A DNA stretch of 64,000 nt, from positions 320,001 to 384,000 of the forward strand of contig CAVXVB010000009.1 in assembly GCA_963765205.1 (NCBI GenBank), read 5' to 3'. Both the position numbers and the translations under genes were made by a program. The stretch comes from an uncultured Verrucomicrobiae bacterium (GTDB lineage Bacteria > Verrucomicrobiota > Verrucomicrobiia > Opitutales > JABDGR01). How positions within the stretch are numbered: position 1 is the first letter of the stretch; the number at the start of each line of letters is the position of its first letter. Below the pieces are notes generated by a model. The model saw only the letters and a list, made by a program, of their open reading frames with translations, did not search any database and was not told the DNA's origin. Below are positions 54,499-64,000 of the stretch, one piece after another.

Positions 54499-55029
54499 AT
54501 GACCACCACCGATCACACCACTGCCGAAGTGCGGGCCGCGCGCGAGCGCTTTATCTCCCAGTGGGGCGTGATCAGCGCCGCCTGGGGCATCAACCGCACC
54601 ATGGCGCAAATCCACGCGCTGCTGCTGACCAGCCCCGCGCCGCTGGCCACCGACGACATCATGGCCGCCCTCCAGATCAGCCGCGGCAACGTGAACACCA
54701 ACTTGCGCGAGCTGGTGGGGTGGGGCCTCCTGCGCGTGGTGCTGCGCAAAGGCGAGCGCAAGGAGTATTTCGAGGCTGAAAAAGAAGTCTGGAAAATCTT
54801 TTGCATCATTGCGCGCGAGCGCCAGCGCCGCGAGATCGAGCCGGCGCTCGCCGTCCTGCGCGAGTGCGCGGAGCGAACCGCGAAGCTCAAGGGCGCGGAA
54901 GCCGCGGAGTTTCACGCGACCATGCGCCACCTCGGCGATTTCGTCCGCCAGGCCTCGGGGGCGATGGACCGGGTCGCGCGCAGCGAGCGCAGCAAAATCA
55001 TGCCGCTGATTTTCAAAATGTTAAAATGA
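54499..55029 (+). CDS. GbsR/MarR-family transcriptional regulator
   Basis: FISQWG...WGINRTMAQIHALL...ISRGNVNTNLREL..WG...GERKEYF. Confidence 0.9.
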   Translation: MTTTDHTTAEVRAARERFISQWGVISAAWGINRTMAQIHALLLTSPAPLATDDIMAALQISRGNVNTNLRELVGWGLLRVVLRKGERKEYFEAEKEVWKIFCIIARERQRREIEPALAVLRECAERTAKLKGAEAAEFHATMRHLGDFVRQASGAMDRVARSERSKIMPLIFKMLK

Positions 55030-55181
55030 ACTCCTGTTTTTCCCATGAAGGCACTTCCGCATCGTCCGCCGCCCGCCGTCCGCGCCCCGCGCAAACGGCG
55101 TTTGGCCGGCGCGCTGGGGGCCTTTGGCGGCGGTGGGGGCTTGCCCTGCTGGTTCGTGGGATTGCTTTTTTTATACGATAA

Positions 55182-55203
55182 ACTTTCAGAATTTCCCGGA
55201 AGT
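55182..55203 (+). promoter_or_regulatory. Palindromic operator, copy 2
   Basis: ACTTTC-N10-GGAAGT followed by ATAA, as in copy 1. Confidence 0.7.
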
Positions 55204-55261
55204 ATAAAACAAAACATAAACCAGCAACCAACGCCGGAGACCCCGCCGGCGCTTCCCCGCC

Positions 55262-55702
55262 ATGAACACCCTTAATCTCCTCCTATGGGGCCTGCGCTTG
55301 GCCGGCGCGGGCCAGCTTTTCATCGCCGGCATCTATTTCTGGATGCGGCGCATTGTCGGCTGGGACGCCAACGTTGCGCAACTGCGCCCGCACAACCGCT
55401 GTATCGCCCACACCTACGCGCGCTATATTCAGGCGATTAACACGGTTTTTGGTTTGATTAGCCTGTTCCAACCGCGCGCTCTGCTTGGAAAAACGCCGCT
55501 GGCCGCCGATCTCACGCTGTTCATCGGCGTTTACTGGCTGGGCCGGCTGGTGCTCGGGCTGTTTTATTACGACACGCGCGAAATCACGTCGCAACGCGCG
55601 CTTTTTCGATTCGGAGAATATGCCTTCAACCTGCTGTTTGCCTTTCAAGCCGTTGCATTGTTAATGGCGTTTGCGCATAACGTCAGCTGGTTGGAAGGCT
55701 GA
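55262..55702 (+). CDS. 4-TM hypothetical membrane protein
   Basis: LAGAGQL...W...YI; resembles 56672-57061. Confidence 0.75.
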   Translation: MNTLNLLLWGLRLAGAGQLFIAGIYFWMRRIVGWDANVAQLRPHNRCIAHTYARYIQAINTVFGLISLFQPRALLGKTPLAADLTLFIGVYWLGRLVLGLFYYDTREITSQRALFRFGEYAFNLLFAFQAVALLMAFAHNVSWLEG

Positions 55703-55748
55703 TTTTTAGCCATGGCGTTTGAGCCACCGTAGTCTTTCTTTACCCTTT

Positions 55749-56647
55749 ATGCCAATTTCCTCCTTAGCCACGGAGAAAAGGCACTACCTCCCCCTGTTGG
55801 CATGGCCGAGTGGGGTATTGCTGGCTTGGGTGATTTGGGGTTCGGCATGGCCGCGCTGGGTGGTGATGTGGATGGTGGCGCTGGCATTTTTCGCCGGCTG
55901 CAAATGGCTGACCTGGCGGGCCGCGCGGCCAGACGGCGTCCCCATCTGGCGGCAGGCGGCCTACCTGTTGCTCTGGCCCGGACTCGACGCGGAAGCTTTT
56001 TTATTCAACGGTTCACTACTACGACGCAAACTTCCGACTCCTTCTGCTTGGTGGTTGGCCACCTTCAACCTCATCTTTGGTGCCGCGCTCTTTTGGGTTT
56101 GCGCCCGCCAATGGCCGACAACGTGGTGGTGGGCGCGGGGCTGGACCGGCATGACGGGTTTCATCCTCGCCGCCCATTGCGGAATTTTTCAGATATTGAG
56201 TTACATTTGGCAAACGGTTGGCCTGGACGCGCGACCCTTGATGAATTGGCCCCTGTGCTCATGCAATGTCAGCGAATTTTGGGGCCAGCGTTGGAACACC
56301 GCCTTTCGTGACTTTGCCCACCGATTTTTATTTCAGCCGCTGGCCCAGCGCTGCGGGCCGCGCTACGCGTTGCTGGTAGGTTTTTTTTTAGCGGGGTGGT
56401 GCATGAGTTGGTGGTGACGGTCCCGGCGGGCGGTGGCTATGGCGGACCGACCCTCTTCTTCAGTTGCCAAGGCGTGGCCATTTTATTCGAGCGGTCGCAT
56501 ATGGGAAAATCCCTGGGCTTGGGCCGGGGTTTTCGCGGTTGGGCTTTCACCCTGCTGGAATTGACCGCCACCGCCAGCCTCGCCTTTCCAACGGCTTTTG
56601 TCCAAAACGTCGTCTTGCCATTCATGCGCGCCGCCGGGGCGCTTTAA
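55749..56647 (+). CDS. MBOAT-family (wax synthase-like) acyltransferase, frameshift in T9 run 56381-56389
   Basis: SEFWGQRWNTAF; adding one T gives FSGVVHELVV (catalytic His motif). Confidence 0.8.
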
Positions 56648-56671
56648 CGGAGCACTAAAATTAACCTCGCA

Positions 56672-57061
56672 CAATTGATTCGCCTGGCTGGGGTTGGGCA
56701 ACTGGGCATCCTGGTCGCTTCGGCGCTCGTGCCTTTTCAACTCGATTGGAAAACTATATTTTCCGCGCTGCCCCGCCTGCATCGTCAGATGTATTGGACC
56801 TATGGCGGCTACGTGGTGCTGGCGATTCTCTTCAATGGACTGGTCTGCCTTGCCGCGCCGGCCGAATTGGCGGGCGGCGGCCGGCTGGCCCGCCTAGTCT
56901 GCGGCTACATCGCGGTGTTCTGGGGTGTGCGGCTGATTTTGCAGGCGGTTTTCGACGTGAAACCCTTTCTAACCGCGTGGTGGCTGCGGGCGGGTTATTA
57001 TTTGCTCACCGTGCTCTTCGCCGCCTTCACCGCACTGTTCGCTTATGCGGCCTGGCATTAA
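56672..57061 (+). CDS. 4-TM hypothetical membrane protein (start uncertain)
   Basis: LAGVGQL...LDW...RQMYWTYGGY...FWGVRLILQ. Confidence 0.7.
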   Translation, partial: QLIRLAGVGQLGILVASALVPFQLDWKTIFSALPRLHRQMYWTYGGYVVLAILFNGLVCLAAPAELAGGGRLARLVCGYIAVFWGVRLILQAVFDVKPFLTAWWLRAGYYLLTVLFAAFTALFAYAAWH

Positions 57062-57100
57062 CGAATTGAACACGAATCCATCCCTTTGCATAATCCCGCC

Positions 57101-57541
57101 ATGAAAAGCGACTTGCGTTTCATTTGTGAGATGTTTCTGCCCTCGCTGCTGGGGGCGGTTTATCTGGTGGCGTGGTGCGGTTTCGCCAGCACGGTGGGAA
57201 TTCGAACAGGACTCACGATGGACGACTACTCGGCAGGTTTGCCGACGCTGGCCTGGTTGCTGGGCGGGACGGCGATTTTGAGCGTCATCTACGCGACGGC
57301 GATGGAAGTAGCCCTCGATCTCGGCTTGAAGGCGCATTCGTGGATGCTCGTTTTGTTTTCGGAAATGCTGGGCTTGGCGGCGGGCCTGTTCTTCGACTTG
57401 GTGGTTTTTCGGCAGGACACAACTTTCAACCATGATAACGGCCTGGAGATGGTCGGTATGCTCACGGGGCTGACCGTGGGTTTGATTATCAAGGTGGTTT
57501 TTTCCAGCCCGCCGGTGGCAAGACTCCCCATGGAGATTTGA
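57101..57541 (+). CDS. Hypothetical membrane protein
   Basis: Four hydrophobic segments. Confidence 0.55.
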   Translation: MKSDLRFICEMFLPSLLGAVYLVAWCGFASTVGIRTGLTMDDYSAGLPTLAWLLGGTAILSVIYATAMEVALDLGLKAHSWMLVLFSEMLGLAAGLFFDLVVFRQDTTFNHDNGLEMVGMLTGLTVGLIIKVVFSSPPVARLPMEI

Positions 57542-57543
57542 AT

Positions 57544-58218
57544 TCAAGCTGGGGCCAACGCAAAGGTTGCCGAACCTAGGTCTTGCAAATTATCAAACAC
57601 CGCCTCGGGCGGCGGCTGGTGGGCGAGGAGTTGCGCACGGGTGTGGCTGCCGGTGGCGACGGCCTGGCAACGCACGCCGGCGTTCGCCGCCGCTTCGATG
57701 TCAAAAGGCGAGTCGCCCACGAGCAGGGCGTCTTTCGCTGCGACGCCGAGTTTTTCCACCGCGTGGAGGACGAACTCGCGCTTGGGCTTGCGCCACGGCG
57801 TGTCGTGCGTGCCGAGGACGAGTTTCACCCACTTATCCCAGCCGAGGTGGCGGACGACGGCGCGGGCGGTGTCGCCCTGTTTGTTCGTGAGCACGGCCTG
57901 GCGCAGGCCGCGCGCGTGCAACTGTTCGAGCAGGCGGGCCGCGCCGGGCAGGGGGTGCAAGTCCTCGAACATGATCTTGGCGAAAAACTCGTGGTAATAG
58001 GGGAGGGCGCGCGGGGCCAATTCCGAGCCGATGAGGCGCGCCATCGTCACCTCAATGGAGCCGCCGACCGTGGCGCGCACCAATTCATAACTCGAGGGCG
58101 GCGCGCCAATGGCGCGCTGGGCATGGGTGATGGCTCGGTGAATCGCCGTGAAATGGTCCACGAGGGTGCCGTCGAGGTCGTAGAGAATCGCCTTGCCCGG
58201 CGCGTGGCCTGTTTGCAT
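57544..58218 (-). CDS. HAD-family phosphatase (phosphoglycolate phosphatase-like)
   Basis: DLDGTLVD, LTNK, KP, VGDSPFD. Confidence 0.9.
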   Translation of the reverse strand: MQTGHAPGKAILYDLDGTLVDHFTAIHRAITHAQRAIGAPPSSYELVRATVGGSIEVTMARLIGSELAPRALPYYHEFFAKIMFEDLHPLPGAARLLEQLHARGLRQAVLTNKQGDTARAVVRHLGWDKWVKLVLGTHDTPWRKPKREFVLHAVEKLGVAAKDALLVGDSPFDIEAAANAGVRCQAVATGSHTRAQLLAHQPPPEAVFDNLQDLGSATFALAPA

Positions 58219-58272
58219 CTTCACGAATAGGCGCGAAAGCCGAGGTGTTTTCAAGTCCGAACCTCTTTTCCC

Positions 58273-59424
58273 ATGCAACCGACCGCCCCCTCTCCGGATG
58301 TTGAGACGCTTGTCGTGACACGCGACGGCGGCGCGCTGTGCCTGCGTCTGTCGGGTGAGTGGACGCTGCTGGCGCGCGGCCGGCCGGACACGTCGGTCGT
58401 GCAGGCTGAATTCGCGCAATTTGACCACCTGCCGGAGACGATGCGCTTCGACCTCGCAGGCGTGACCAAATACGACACGGCGCTAATCACCTTTTTGCTC
58501 AAGTGCCATGACATTTGCGCCGCGACCAAGACTAAATTCGATTTTGAGAGCCTGCCGGACAGCCCGCGGCAACTCCTCGTATTGGCCACAAGCGTGCCGC
58601 AAGTCGAGGACGTGCATAAGCGCCCCGAGCAACTCAACCCCCTGGCCCGGATTGGCCGCTGGGCGCAGGGCGCGGCAGAAGAAACGCTCGAAATTCTGCA
58701 ATTCCTCGGTGACTGTGTCATCGCCTTTGCGCGATTCTTCATGGGCCGGGCGCGCTTTCGCTGGTCGGATGTGTGGCTCGAAATGCAGCACTGTGGAGCG
58801 GACGCGCTGCCGATCATCTCGCTAATCGGTTTTCTGATGGGCCTGATTCTTGCCTATGTTGGCGCGGTGACGTTGCGGCCCTATGGCGGGTTGATCTTCA
58901 TCGCCAACCTGGTCGGCCTCGCGATGGTGCGCGAGATGGGCGTGATGATGACGGGGGTGCTCATGAGCGGGCGCACCGGCGCGTCATTCGCCGCGCAACT
59001 GGGCACGATGAAAGTCTCCGAGGAAATTGCCGCGCTGCGCACTTTGGGCCTGTCGCCCATCGAATACCTGGTGCTGCCGCGCATGATCGCGTTATTTCTG
59101 ATGTTTCCGTTGCTGACCCTTTACGCCAACTTTATCGGCATGTTTGGCGGCCTGGTGATTGCGCTCACCATGGGCGTGGATTTTTCGCAATACACCAACC
59201 AACTGATCAGCGCGGTGGACTTGACGAACTTGTCCGTCGGCCTCATCAAGAGTTTTGTGTTCGGGCTGATTGTGGCGGCGACGGGTTGCCTGCGCGGCAT
59301 GCAATGCGGCAACAGTTCCGCCGCAGTCGGTTTGGCGACGACCCGCGCGGTTGTTTCCGGCATCACCTGCATGGTGATCGCCGACGCGGTCTTTGCCGTC
59401 GTGTTTAACAAGCTGGGCATGTAG
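58273..59424 (+). CDS. mlaE: MlaE-family permease with N-terminal STAS-like domain
   Basis: VREMG...SGRTGASFAAQLGTMKVSEEI.AL. Confidence 0.88.
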   Translation: MQPTAPSPDVETLVVTRDGGALCLRLSGEWTLLARGRPDTSVVQAEFAQFDHLPETMRFDLAGVTKYDTALITFLLKCHDICAATKTKFDFESLPDSPRQLLVLATSVPQVEDVHKRPEQLNPLARIGRWAQGAAEETLEILQFLGDCVIAFARFFMGRARFRWSDVWLEMQHCGADALPIISLIGFLMGLILAYVGAVTLRPYGGLIFIANLVGLAMVREMGVMMTGVLMSGRTGASFAAQLGTMKVSEEIAALRTLGLSPIEYLVLPRMIALFLMFPLLTLYANFIGMFGGLVIALTMGVDFSQYTNQLISAVDLTNLSVGLIKSFVFGLIVAATGCLRGMQCGNSSAAVGLATTRAVVSGITCMVIADAVFAVVFNKLGM

Positions 59425-59446
59425 GCATCGCCAAACTTCTCCTTTT

Positions 59447-60277
59447 ATGTCCGACCCCGATTCTTCGCCCCAAATTTCCGTCCGCCAACTGACTATGGCG
59501 TATGGCGACTACGTCGTGATGCGCGACCTGACGTTCGACATCCGCCGCGGGGAAATTTTCATCATCATGGGCGGCTCCGGGTCGGGCAAGAGCACGTTGT
59601 TGCGTCACCTCATCGGGCTGCAGGAACCCGCCGCGGGCAAGGTTTATTACAATGGGGTGGACTTTACGAATGCGGGGCCGGAGCGGCGCAACCAGATTCT
59701 GCGCAAGTTCGGTGTCATGTTCCAAGGGGGGGCGTTGTGGAGTTCGCTCACCTTGGCGGAAAACGTCGCGTTTCCGCTGGAGGAGTTCACCGACCTGCCG
59801 GCGGCCACCATCCGGGAAACGGTCGAGTTGAAACTGGCACTCGTCGGGCTGCGCGGCTTCGAGGATTTTTACCCCGCGGAAATTTCCGGGGGCATGTGCA
59901 AGCGCGCCAGCCTGGCGCGCGCCATGGCGCTCGATCCCGAAATTTTGTTTTTTGACGAACCCTCGGCGGGCCTCGATCCCGTCAGCGCGCGGCGGCTGGA
60001 CGAGCTGATTCTCGAATTGCGCGATTCGCTCGGCACGACCGTCGTCGTGGTCACCCATGAGCTGGCCAGCATTTTTGCCATCGCCGACTGCGCGGTTTTC
60101 CTCGACGTGGCCACGCGCACGCTCGGCGGCCTCGGCGACCCGATGGTGCTGCGCTCGCAAAGCGACAATGAAAACCTGCGGCTCTTCCTCAACCGTGGCA
60201 TGGTGGGCCAGCACCACCTGCCCGACCCGGCAACGGGCGCGCCCTATCTGGTCACCACCCAGCGGCGGTCCCCGTAA
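59447..60277 (+). CDS. mlaF: MlaF-like ABC ATPase
   Basis: GGSGSGKS, ISGGMCKR, FDEPSAGLDP, VTHEL. Confidence 0.9.
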   Translation: MSDPDSSPQISVRQLTMAYGDYVVMRDLTFDIRRGEIFIIMGGSGSGKSTLLRHLIGLQEPAAGKVYYNGVDFTNAGPERRNQILRKFGVMFQGGALWSSLTLAENVAFPLEEFTDLPAATIRETVELKLALVGLRGFEDFYPAEISGGMCKRASLARAMALDPEILFFDEPSAGLDPVSARRLDELILELRDSLGTTVVVVTHELASIFAIADCAVFLDVATRTLGGLGDPMVLRSQSDNENLRLFLNRGMVGQHHLPDPATGAPYLVTTQRRSP

Positions 60278-60321
60278 TTGCGGCTTTTCATTTCCGGCGG
60301 CAGCCGCCATCATGGAGTTTT

Positions 60322-61419
60322 ATGAGCGTTCGCGCCAAACCCACCCTCATTGGACTCTTCGTCACCGGCGCCGCCATGCTGGCGGTGGCGGCCGTGGTGG
60401 TGTTTGGGGGCGGCAAGCTATTCAACCACCAGGAGAAATTCATCATTTACTTCACGGACTCGGTCAACGGCCTGTCCGTCGGCTCGGCGGTGAAATTCAA
60501 AGGCGTGCAAATTGGCCAAGTCTCCAGCATCCTGATTCATTATGACCAGGATGAAAACAATACCGACGCCATCCCGGTCATCATCTCGATTGACATCACC
60601 CATTTGCGCAAGGACCTTGGCGAGGACATGGATTTGAGCGACCCCGCGGTGTTTAACAAGGTGGTCACGGCCGGCTTGCGCGCGCGGCTGGAAATGCAGA
60701 GCTTCGTGACCAACCAGTTGTATATCGGGCTGGACGATGTGGATCCGCCACCGCCGTTCAAGCCCGTCAGTCTGTCGCACACCTACAAGGAAATCCCCTC
60801 AATCCCCTCGGGCCTGAGCGAGGCGATGCAGTCCGTCACCACGGCGCTGGCGAATTTGAGCAAGGTGGACTTCTCGGACATGGCCAATAAAATTGACCAC
60901 CTGGCAGACGAACTGACTCAGAGCGTGGATCAACTCAACCTCAAGGAAATCAACGACACGCTCATCACCGCCGGCAAAAACCTGAACGACATTCTCACCG
61001 ATCCAAAAATCAAGGAATCACTGGATAAACTTGGCACAACCCTCGACGACCTCGACCGCCTGACCACGAGCGTCAACCAACAGGTGCAGCCCCTTACCGA
61101 CGAAATTCAGACCACCGCGAAAAGTGCGCGCGACACGCTGGACCAAATCAATCAAACCCTTTCTTCGGTGCGCGAGGTCATCGCGCCCGACTCGGCGCTG
61201 CGCTCCGAATTGGACAAGACGCTGATCGAAATAACCAACGCCGCGCGCTCCTTGCGCATCCTCTCGGAATTTTTGGAGGCCAACCCGTCCGCCATCATTA
61301 CGGGCAAGGCGCCACCGACGGGTTGGGTGGTTCCGCCGCGCGTCACGCCGCAGTCTGCGGCCGCGCCCATGGCAACCCCTGCGCCCGCGCCTGTTCTCAC
61401 GGAGCCGCCCGGCAAATAA
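60322..61419 (+). CDS. MCE/MlaD-family protein with long helical extension
   Basis: SVNGLSVGSAVKFKGVQIGQV. Confidence 0.88.
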   Translation: MSVRAKPTLIGLFVTGAAMLAVAAVVVFGGGKLFNHQEKFIIYFTDSVNGLSVGSAVKFKGVQIGQVSSILIHYDQDENNTDAIPVIISIDITHLRKDLGEDMDLSDPAVFNKVVTAGLRARLEMQSFVTNQLYIGLDDVDPPPPFKPVSLSHTYKEIPSIPSGLSEAMQSVTTALANLSKVDFSDMANKIDHLADELTQSVDQLNLKEINDTLITAGKNLNDILTDPKIKESLDKLGTTLDDLDRLTTSVNQQVQPLTDEIQTTAKSARDTLDQINQTLSSVREVIAPDSALRSELDKTLIEITNAARSLRILSEFLEANPSAIITGKAPPTGWVVPPRVTPQSAAAPMATPAPAPVLTEPPGK

Positions 61420-61456
61420 GGGCCTGCCGCATGCATAACTTCGAATGTTTCCCTCC

Positions 61457-62086
61457 ATGACTTTTCGCCCCCGCATCGCAGTTTTTGTCGTCGCCGGACT
61501 GTGGGCGGGCTGTTCGGTATTTTCGCCCAAGCCCGACCTGTCACGTTTCTACGTGCTCAATCCTCTTGCGGCCAAACCCGCCCCCGCGCCGCCGCCGGAC
61601 CCGACGCTCTCGCTGGAAGTCTTCAGCGCCGACGTACCCGATTATTTGGATCGTCCGCAAATGGTCATCCGCCTGCCGGGCAACCAAGCCGGGGTGGACG
61701 AATATCATCGCTGGCTGGAACCCCTTGGCACGGCCCTCGCACGCGTGCTCGCGCAGGATATCGCTCTATACTCCGACTCCTCCCATGTGGCGGCGTTCCC
61801 TGTGCCGCCGGGTTTTGCCCAGGAATTTGAAGTGGACGCGCAAGTCTTGCAGTTCGACGGCGCACCCGGCGGCGACGTGACGCTGCGCGCGCTCTGGCGC
61901 ATCTCCGGCCCCGGCGGCAAACCGAATTATTACACGCACGAATCAGTTTTTACGCGTCCCGCCGCCGCCACGACCGACCCCGCCACGGGTTACGTGGACG
62001 CCCTTAGCGCGCTCGCCGGGGACCTGGCCCGCGCCATCGTTCAGTCCCTGCCCGAAGCGCGCGCGGCGAAGGCCGCCCTGCAGTAA
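61457..62086 (+). CDS. PqiC-like ABC auxiliary lipoprotein
   Basis: WAGC lipobox; PDYLDRPQMV; HRWLEPL. Confidence 0.85.
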   Translation: MTFRPRIAVFVVAGLWAGCSVFSPKPDLSRFYVLNPLAAKPAPAPPPDPTLSLEVFSADVPDYLDRPQMVIRLPGNQAGVDEYHRWLEPLGTALARVLAQDIALYSDSSHVAAFPVPPGFAQEFEVDAQVLQFDGAPGGDVTLRALWRISGPGGKPNYYTHESVFTRPAAATTDPATGYVDALSALAGDLARAIVQSLPEARAAKAALQ

Positions 62087-62170
62087 GCAGGGTGGAGGAT
62101 TTTAAAGGCTATGGAAACCGGAATCGGCTTGACAACTTTAACCTATATCCTAGGTTGCAGGCACAAGCAC

Positions 62171-62440
62171 ATGAACCAGCACCTTCCCTCTAAAAAGGAG
62201 AAATCCCTCAAACTGGCCAAGCAGGCCCGCGGGACCCTCGACACGGTCATCGCCATGATTGAGGACAACGCCTACTGCCCGGAAATCATCCAGCAGACCG
62301 GCAGCGTCGTCGGTCTGCTCCAATCCGTCGAGCGCGAGCTGCTGGCCGGTCACCTGGACAGCTGTGTGGTGAAGCGTCTGCGCGAGGACAAGGCCGGGGC
62401 CATCCGGGAGCTGATGAAAATCTACCGTTTATCCAACTGA
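62171..62440 (+). CDS. csoR: CsoR/RcnR-family metal-sensing repressor
   Basis: MIEDNAYC...GHLDSC (Cys/His/Cys); directly upstream of Cu ATPase. Confidence 0.8.
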   Translation: MNQHLPSKKEKSLKLAKQARGTLDTVIAMIEDNAYCPEIIQQTGSVVGLLQSVERELLAGHLDSCVVKRLREDKAGAIRELMKIYRLSN

Positions 62441-62441
62441 C

Positions 62442-64000
62442 ATGACCACGGCCCACACCTTTCAAGTGCGCGGGATGAACTGCGCATCGTGCGCGAGCAC
62501 CGTTGAACGCGCCTTACGCCAGCGCGCGGGCGTCGGGGCGGTCGTGGTCAATTACAACAGCGGCACCGCAAAGGTTTCTTACGACGAAGCGCAAGTGGGG
62601 GCCGCCGAACTGGCCAGCGTAATTGAACCACTCGGTTACTCGCTGGTCATTCCCGCGGAGGGCACGACGCGGACGGCGGCCGATGCCGCCCGGCAGCAAG
62701 CCGCGCTGGAGACCAATGTGTTATGGTCTCGGATGCGCACCGCCGCGCCCATCGCCGCGACCGCCATCGCCATCATGAGTTGGCACTTGCTCGCGCAAGC
62801 CGGCTGGGTTTCGGGGATGACGGCCGGCTGGCATCTAATTCTGCAATGGCTGCTGGCCGTTTTGGCGGCCTATGTATTGTTTATCATAGGCGCGCCGTTT
62901 CTCAAAGCCCTCACGCGCTTTGCCCGCCACGGGGCGGCGAACATGGACACGCTCATCGGCCTCGGCACGGGCGCGGCGTTTCTTTACAGCCTGATCCTTT
63001 TGCTTTTTAAGGCGCAGTTACGGCCCTACTTGGAGGTCAACGACGACTATTTTGATGTTACCATCGTCGTGATCACCTTTGTGACCTTGGGCAAATATCT
63101 GGAGGCGCGTGCGCGGCTCCAGACCGGCGCCGCCTTAGAGAGCCTGCTCGGGCTTCAGGCCAAAAACGCGCTCGTGCTCCGCGACGGCATCGAAATCGAG
63201 TTGCCCGTCGAAAACGTCGTGGTGGGGGATTTATTGGTGGTCAAACCTGGCGCAAAAATCCCGGTGGACGGCCTGCTCGTCGAAGGCGCGTCGCATGTGG
63301 ACGAATCACTCGTCACTGGCGAATCAGCTCCGGTTAAAAAGGCCGCGGGAGATGCCGTCGTGGCGGGCACCCTCAACACCACGGGCGTCTTTACTTTCCG
63401 CGCCACCAAAGTCGGTGGCGAAACGTTGCTCGCGCACATTATCGAACTGGTTCTCGAGGCGCAGGCGAGCAAGGCGCCCATGCAATCGCTCGCGGACAAA
63501 ATCACCGCGGTTTTTGTGCCGGTGGCGCTGGGGGTGGCGGTCGTATCTTTGGTGGTGTGGCTGGTAATCGGCACGGGGCGTTTGGGTTTTGCGCACGCGC
63601 TGACGCTGGGTCTCTCGTCGTTTATGTGCGTACTGGTCATCGCCTGCCCGTGCGCGCTTGGCCTGGCGATGCCGGTGGCCGTGACGGTGGCCGTGGGGCG
63701 GGGGGCGCGCGCCGGCATTTTAATCAAGGATGCGGCCACGCTGCAAACGCTGGGCCGCGTCAACGTGGTGGTCGTGGACAAAACCGGCACGCTCACATGC
63801 GGCGCGGAGCTGATCGAGCTGCGCAATTTGGCGGGCGTGGGCTCGGACCAGACGCTCGCCCTGCTGGCCGCGCTCGAAAAAAAATCCGAACACCCCCTGG
63901 CGCACGCGCTGGTGGCCGCAGCCGAGCGAAAGAATCTTTCCTTGCCCGCTGTGACCGCGTTTGAGTCGCTCAAGGGTCGCGGCATTCAAGGCGTCATGGA
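62442..64000 (+). CDS. copA: Cu(+)-type P1B ATPase, 3'-truncated by window; absent from ORF track
   Basis: GMNCASC HMA domain, NMDTLI, TGES, IACPCALGLA, DKTGTLT, SEHPLA. Confidence 0.92.
   Translation, partial: MTTAHTFQVRGMNCASCASTVERALRQRAGVGAVVVNYNSGTAKVSYDEAQVGAAELASVIEPLGYSLVIPAEGTTRTAADAARQQAALETNVLWSRMRTAAPIAATAIAIMSWHLLAQAGWVSGMTAGWHLILQWLLAVLAAYVLFIIGAPFLKALTRFARHGAANMDTLIGLGTGAAFLYSLILLLFKAQLRPYLEVNDDYFDVTIVVITFVTLGKYLEARARLQTGAALESLLGLQAKNALVLRDGIEIELPVENVVVGDLLVVKPGAKIPVDGLLVEGASHVDESLVTGESAPVKKAAGDAVVAGTLNTTGVFTFRATKVGGETLLAHIIELVLEAQASKAPMQSLADKITAVFVPVALGVAVVSLVVWLVIGTGRLGFAHALTLGLSSFMCVLVIACPCALGLAMPVAVTVAVGRGARAGILIKDAATLQTLGRVNVVVVDKTGTLTCGAELIELRNLAGVGSDQTLALLAALEKKSEHPLAHALVAAAERKNLSLPAVTAFESLKGRGIQGVM

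Noticed and set aside
62141..62155. CsoR operator ACCTA-N5-TAGGT as a member of the island box family
   Set aside because: Opposite arm order and outside the island; more likely the ordinary CsoR operator

Overview
GC-rich bacterial DNA, most likely Verrucomicrobiota (PEP-CTERM proteins, Opitutales-style hypotheticals; inferred, not database-checked). Left flank (1-4.7 kb): glycosyltransferase/FkbM envelope genes, a GATase and tRNA-Ser(GCT). From the tRNA to about 52.9 kb lies a mosaic accessory region with no visible integrase. It carries a DUF433/PIN TA pair, two LpxR-like paralogs, a four-gene two-component cluster ending in a NarL/LuxR regulator, and many general-stress genes (Hsp20, katG, PRC-barrel/BON, DUF1328, DUF3185, DUF2934, DUF5069, cfa). 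It also holds an IS5 insertion with a TTAA target duplication, PEP-CTERM and BspA-LRR surface proteins, restriction-related remnants (Mrr-like, Vsr, DUF3883, truncated MTase), REP-like repeats and an ABC/MFP/TolC exporter. Right flank: amidohydrolase, a GbsR-regulated membrane/MBOAT operon, HAD, MlaEFD-PqiC and csoR-copA (truncated by the window). The strongest unannotated signal is a 15-bp palindromic box (TARGG-N5-CCYTA) exactly 23 nt upstream of a -35 hexamer at six promoters across the island, i.e. a candidate island-wide stress regulon. One target is a HicA-fold/eRF1-like fusion. Several single-base frameshifts look like sequencing errors. All family assignments are from motif recognition by eye, not searches.
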